From the NCBI RefSeq assembly GCF_009914755.1, contig NC_060930.1: 64,000 bases of DNA. The stretch is one strand, 5' to 3'. A model generated the notes under the pieces. That model saw nothing but the letters and a program-made list of their open reading frames with translations. It did no database searches and had not been told where the DNA came from. Below, piece by piece: positions 15,487 to 64,000 of this stretch; within the stretch, counting starts at the first letter, position 1; each line of letters starts with the position of its first letter. This stretch comes from the human T2T-CHM13v2.0 reference genome, Homo sapiens. The position numbers and the translations under genes were made by a program.

Positions 15487-15869
15487 GGTATCAGTCCGTT
15501 CCCACACTGCTGATAAAGACATACCGGAGGCTGGGTAATTTACAAAGAAAAAGAGGCTTAATGGACTCAGAGTTCCAAGTGGTAAGGAGGCCTCACAATC
15601 ATGGTGGAAGGCGAAAGGCATGTCTTACATGGCAGCAGGCAAAAGAGAATGAGAGCCAAGTGAAAGGGGAAACCTCTTACAAAACCATCAGACCTCATGA
15701 GACTTATTCACTTCCATGAGAACAGTATGGGGAAAACTGCCCCCATGATTCAATTATCTCCCACTGGGTCCCTCTTACAACACATGGGAATTATGAGAGC
15801 TATGATTCAAGATGAGATTTGGGTGGCGACACAACCAAACCAAGGTGGGGACACAGCCAAACCATATCA
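15487..15869 (-). mobile_element. THE1 (MaLR) solo LTR
   Basis: CTGCTGATAAAGACATACC...CAGCCAAACCATATCA is the reverse complement of a THE1 LTR; TSD GAAAG/GAAGG. Confidence 0.9.
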
Positions 15870-15889
15870 GAAGGTAACTTTCTTATGCT

Positions 15890-16494
15890 TTTGACCTAAA
15901 GAACGATGAGGTGCATAAGGGTTTCAGCCTGCAGAGTGGCCTGACAGGCTGGGAAGCGTAGCCTCCAGCCTGAAGCCAAAAACATACATTCTGAGGGAGG
16001 GACAAAGTGAGAGGAAGCAGGGTGGCAGAATATACATATTTAATAAGCTATAGGAGGAATCATGAATATTTATGAAAGGAGAAACATGTACATGTGCAAT
16101 TGAGCTTCATTGCCCCTTCATGGGTCCTAGGTACAAACAATGGGGCATCAGCATGATCTGAAGAGTTTTCAGCCTCTGATGTCAAAAGGTGAAGTAGAGG
16201 CCAATAAAACCCTTACTGTGCCTGCTCCGTAGATTGGCCAGAACCATTCCATAGTGGGTAGTCTGTTACGCACAAAACGGAGGGCAGCAACAGGCTGATA
16301 TCAGTGGTGGAGTCTTTTGAAAGGGATGGTTTCTATTTATCCCTTAGGGAAGAAAGCCTGATCCTGGTTAGTGAGGGAGGGGATATAACAAGGCAAAGCA
16401 AGAACTCAGTTTTCAAGGTTACTCTGGGTCCCCTTGGCCAAAAGGGAGTCCGTTCAGTCAGCTGGGGGGCTTAGTACTTAGTTTGTATTTCTCT
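15890..16494 (-). mobile_element. ERV1-class solo LTR (MER39-like)
   Basis: Ends ...CCCCTTGGCCAAAAGGGAGTCCGTTCAGTCAGCTGGGGGGCTTAG...TTTCTC, resembling the remembered MER39 5' end in reverse; left boundary approximate. Confidence 0.6.
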
Positions 16495-16797
16495 TGCCTC
16501 ATTTTTAGGATTTGTAAGATGCTGAAGATAATTGCGTCTCTTTCATAGTGTTGCAGTGAGGATGAAATGAGATGATTCAGATAAAGTGCCAGAACATTAA
16601 TTCATTTAAATAAATACTTACTGAGCATATATGCCCCATGCATCAGGCCCCTGATGATACAGCAGTAAGTACAACTGATTGAAAGGAAATGAAAACTGCC
16701 CCCTTGGATCTTTTAATTCTATATAATGAATAATAACAACGAATCTCTGGCACATAGGAGTGCTATGTATTATCTCTGTTACAAAGCAATATCCTAA

Positions 16798-17130
<333 letters not shown>

Positions 17131-18157
17131 TATTTCTATAATTTTTACTGTAATAAAAGAATAATACTCCACAAATACTTACAGTGATAATGCCTACGGC
17201 ATAAAGACACAATCCAGGGTAAGCCATTCATTGAGAGGTCACCAGAAACTGGGAAGTTGGGGAAACAAATTTGAAAAAAAGGTCTGCTGATGAAAGTGAC
17301 TGCATTTACCACACACTTTCGTCCAAGAAAAGCTATGTGAGTACGCCAACGCCGGCCTGAAATCTTCCTAAGAATGCGTGCTTATAGCCTATTTGTTTAA
17401 ACAGGGGGAGAAAGTTAACATTCAAACACCAGAGATTCTGAATATATTTTATTAGTTCAAATGCCTCTACAGTTAACAGAGTCTCGGGGGTTTGGTTAAC
17501 AGGGCAGATGAAAGCAGTTCATGAAACAGTGGAAAATATAACCTGATCAAGTCTGATGCAGTCTATAAAGGCAAGGCCCCAGCCTCCGTTGCTACGGCAA
17601 CCGACTCCGCCCCCACCCGGAGAGGGAACCTGAAACTTGGCGACCCCAGCACCCCAGCGGGGTGGTCGCCTCCCTTCCGTGTCCGCGGCTTTGTTTTTTA
17701 TGGTTGGGAATAGGTAAGGGACACAAGTCAAGGGGGATGCTAGATTCGTCCCCTCTGGTCTCCGTAGAGGGAGCTATAAAAGGTTCGTCCACAAGCAGAA
17801 ACCCCTCTGTGGCGCCTCAACGTTAAGGACCCCCACGATTCCCTTTGCCCGGCGGGAGACTAAAGGCCGGAAAAGTACAGCCCGCCCAGGGGTGGGAGCC
17901 GAGCTAGCCCCACCTCCCGGTGGCTTCTCGCGATCGTGGAGACGCAGCGAGCCTATGTAACTTCCGGTCGCGACCCATCAGCTCCTCGGCGATTGGTCCG
18001 TTTCCACGGCCGGCTGGGTGACGTTATCGCCGGGTCCTGGGGCTGCACGTGTGGTGAGGCCTACAGAAGCGGCCTTCAGCTGGACCTTGGTCTCCCCGCC
18101 GGACTTCGAGGGTGTCATCGCCGCCCCTGTTGGGGGTGAGCGCCGCGCGGCTGCAGC

Positions 18158-38207
<20,050 letters not shown>

Positions 38208-38463
38208 ACAGTGGAGCATACAGGGCAAGGCACTTTATTAGGGGCTCCTCATCTTTGGTTATTGACTAGAAACTTCAGAAAGACAAAACTGTTTGCCATT
38301 TTTACTGGCAGATAAGAGGAAAATACAATATTTGTATTATTTTTATACTAGTAAGTGTCCCCTGCCAACCATCTTGTAAATATTGTAATACTTTAATTTT
38401 TAATATTATAAGCTTACATTTGCTCTGAAGTAAATGACTTCATGAATGTGAAATGTTTGATAA

Positions 38464-38469
38464 ATTAAA
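38464..38469 (+). terminator. LTV1: Probable LTV1 poly(A) signal ATTAAA
   Basis: Variant hexamer about 257 nt after the stop, with a GT/T-rich tract at about 38500-38540. Confidence 0.65.
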
Positions 38470-39219
38470 GGAAAATATCTTCATAACGTGAATGGAATTG
38501 GTGTATTCATTTATTTGTATGGTTGTCATAGTTGTTTTTTGCAGATGTTTTCAAATATTTCTTTGAATCCTCTCCACGCCTTTTCAGGAATTACATGGTT
38601 TAATTTGCTGTAAATAGAAAAGTGGCCTGGTTAAACTCAATTTTGAAATGCTGACTTTATTCTGTTTAGTGTAAGATGAGTTTTTCTGAGAAGGTTCCAC
38701 TGTTAGGAAGCTAAGTTTTCCCTTGCTGTATACAAAGGACTGTTTCAAAAGTGTGGCAAAACTGAATATTAAGGTTCTTAAGATTCATATTTCCTGTTAT
38801 ATTACTGGATGACTTGCTTTTGGGATTTAGGAACAGTGAAGGCAGGAAACAGAATAGTCAAGGAAATAAGAAAACTTATTTGGCTTCAGTGAGTCCCTAG
38901 TTCAAAATCAGAAATATTTATTTCAGTTTAAACTGGGGAGTTTGTCTTTTCAACATCAGTTAATGCTTGGAACCATTCATACTTGATTAAAATACATCGT
39001 TGAAAACTTTCCCTGTTTTTGATGAGTTGATTTTTGTTTTAACTGATTTAAACTTTTTCAAGGTTTAGGCAATGACATCATCACAATTGTTGATTATTTG
39101 GTAAACTATGACTTCTTGCAACAGATTAGTGGTCCTGGTTTATGTTCTTGACTAGTATGATGTTATCTGGACTGGGCTGTAAAAATCTGTGAACACTGTT
39201 GCTCTGAGTTAGGAACAGA

Positions 39220-61501
<22,282 letters not shown>

Positions 61502-62494
61502 GTGTGTAGACATTTTGGGTTGCTTTTGAGGCTATGCTTGACTTTTGACCAAATCATCATGCCCTCTATGCACTCTGAAATTGACAATAACAATTACATA
61601 GAAGTAATTTTATTAATTATATAAAAGTAAACATCCTATTTTTTTCAATTCTGCATAAAGATTCTGTGTTTCCTTCTAACTCTGTCTCAACGTGGGAACA
61701 CCACTGTAGCTGTGCTGTAGTATTACATGACTCCAAGAAACACCAGACACCTCTTAGCCGATAGGTATGGAGCTATGCAGAGCAAACTAACCAACTCTGC
61801 AACAGCCCCATCGTGTCAGATACCCACAGCAATTTTTTTTTTCCAGGTAAAATTCCCAAAACATGAAATTTAGCATTTTAACCATTTGAAGCTGTACAAT
61901 TTAGTACCCACAGCTTTTTTTACTGGAAACATTTTATTTGAAAATTTAAAAATCTACAGAAAAGAGGAAGGAATAGTACACATGCCCTCCACTGAAATTT
62001 GGCAATTGTTGACGCTGTTGCCATAATTTCTCCTTTATCTTTTTTTCTTTGGCAGAACCATTTAAAAGTAAGTTCCAAGCATCATTAATACTTTAGCTAT
62101 TTTAGTATGCGTCTCTTAAGTATGAGTTCCTTTTCCTGCATAATCACAATACTATTATCACACTTGATATATATTAATATGTTTTCCCAATTAGCTTAAG
62201 AATGGTTTTTAAAGCTCTCTTCTCACCCATGTTCAGCCACAACCCAGGATCCAATCACAGTTTACATATTACCTTTTGTTATCTCTTCGGTCTTTATTAA
62301 ATCTTGAACAATATCCCTACCAGGCTATTCACCTTTTAGAATGTCTCATGTTCTGTATTTCTCCACTTATTTAGTCATATTGTTAAATTTTTTCCTCTAT
62401 CTCATCTTTATGTAAACTGAAAGTTAGGGCTAGAATCTCAATGAGATTAGCATAAATATTAATATAAGATTATTAATATATCAATATTAATCTT

Positions 62495-63650
62495 ATCAGA
62501 TACAATACATGATTTGCAAATATTGTCTCCAGTTCTGTGGACTGTCTTTTTCTCTCTCTCTTGATAATAGCCTTTAATACACAAAAGTTTTTCATTTTGA
62601 TGATGTCCAGTGTATCTGTTTTTTCTTTTGTTGCCTGTGCTTTTGATGTCATATCCAGAAATTAATCACCAAACCTACATCATGAAACTTGCCCATGCTT
62701 TCTTCTTTTAGTTTTAGCTCTTATGTTTAGATTTTTTAAAATCTATTTTAAGTCGATTTTTGTGTGTAATATAAGTTTCCAACATCGTTTTTTTGCATGT
62801 GGATATCCAGTTATCTCAGCACCATTTGTTAAAGAGACTTTTCTTCCCCATTGAATAATCTTGGCACCATTATCAAAAGTCACTTGACCATATGTTTGAG
62901 GATTTATTCCTGGGCTCTCTGTTCTATTCCATTGGTCTATATGTCTGTCTTTACACCAGTACCAAACTGTTTTGAATACTGTAGTATTCTAGTAATTTTT
63001 GACATCAGGAAGTTTGAGTTCTGCAAAATATACTCAAGTTTGTTTTTGCTATTCAAGGTCCTTTGAGAGTCCATATGAATTTTAGGATTTTTGTTCTATT
63101 TCTGTAAAAATATTATAATGAGATTTTTTAGGGATTGAACTGAATATATAGAATGTTTTGGGTACTATTGTCATCTTAACAATATTAAGTTTTCCAATCC
63201 ATGAACATGGGATATCTTTCTATTATTTACATCTTCTTTAATTTCTTTTAGCAAAATATTGTAGTTTTCAATGGACAAGTCTTTCACCTCATTGGTTAAA
63301 TTTATTTCTAAGTATTTTATTCATTTTGACATTATTATAAATGGAGTTGTTAACTTTCTTTTCATATTGTTCATTTTTAGTGTATAAAAATATAATGGAT
63401 CTTTGTATGTTGACTTTGTATCCTGTAACTTGTGCTGAATTCATTTATAATATTATTGCTGATAGTGTTTTTGTGGAATCTATAGGATTTTATACAATAA
63501 GATTATGTCACCTGAAACAGAGATAAGTTTACTTCCCCCTTCCCAATTGATATGTCTTTTATTTCTTTTTCGAACCTAAATCCTCTGGCTAGAACTTTTC
63601 GTACTATATCGAATAGGAGTGGCAAAAGTAGACATCCTTGTCTTGTGTTT
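62495..63650 (-). mobile_element. Old L1M ORF2 fragment
   Basis: TTGCATGTGGATATCCAGTTATCTCAGCACCATTTGTTAAAGAGACT and similar antisense L1 motifs. A + strand L1M-like piece follows at about 63650-64000. Confidence 0.85.
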
Positions 63651-64000
63651 TCCATTGAGGATAATATCAACTATGGGTTACTAGTTACTTTTTAAAGCAT
63701 AAATAATAGCATATAATGGGTATTATAACATGGAAGTGAAATGTATGAAAACAATAGCACAAGGTTGAGTGAGGAAAATGGACATATATTGTAAGGTTCT
63801 TATATTATACATGAATAGGTATAGTGTCATTTAAAGGTAGACTATCATATGGTAAAGATACCTATTGTAAACTCTAGAGTAACCACTAAAAAATATTGCT
63901 ATTTAGCTAATAAGACAATACATGGAGTAGAGATAAAAAATGCAAAAAAATTCAATCCAAAGGGGGAAAAAGGCACAAAGAGCAAGGTGGGATAAAGACA

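Noticed and set aside
62455-62497. AT-rich quasi-palindrome
   Set aside because: Low-complexity sequence at a junction between L1 fragments; easily arises by chance.

Overview
This is primate, almost certainly human, genomic DNA rather than microbial sequence. The 5' ~5.9 kb is AT-rich non-coding sequence with several poly(A) signals. I infer it is the end of the PHACTR2 3' UTR from remembered gene order only, as no PHACTR2 coding exon is in the window. The complete LTV1 gene (40S ribosome biogenesis factor) follows on the + strand: a CpG-island promoter and 11 GT-AG coding exons from 18158 to 38207, joining to 1428 nt (475 aa plus stop). About 1 kb after its stop codon, ZC2HC1B begins on the + strand; coding exons 1-4 are present and the gene runs off the window. 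The rest is mostly interspersed repeat: over 20 Alus, a 5'-truncated antisense L1PA element in LTV1 intron 4, a two-LTR HERV-L/MLT2A provirus with a nested Alu and THE1 in ZC2HC1B intron 1, solo LTRs, DNA transposon fossils and L2/MIR/L1M remnants. Almost all ORFs in the supplied track are repeat-derived or spurious. I see no convincing new biological system. The most interesting observations are an antisense SYPL1 retrocopy in LTV1 intron 6 split by a locally templated insertion, a second such local duplication, a duplicated LTV1 exon 3 acceptor that would create a poison isoform, and a three-level nested transposon. Repeat subfamily names and parent-gene comparisons come from memory, not from searches.
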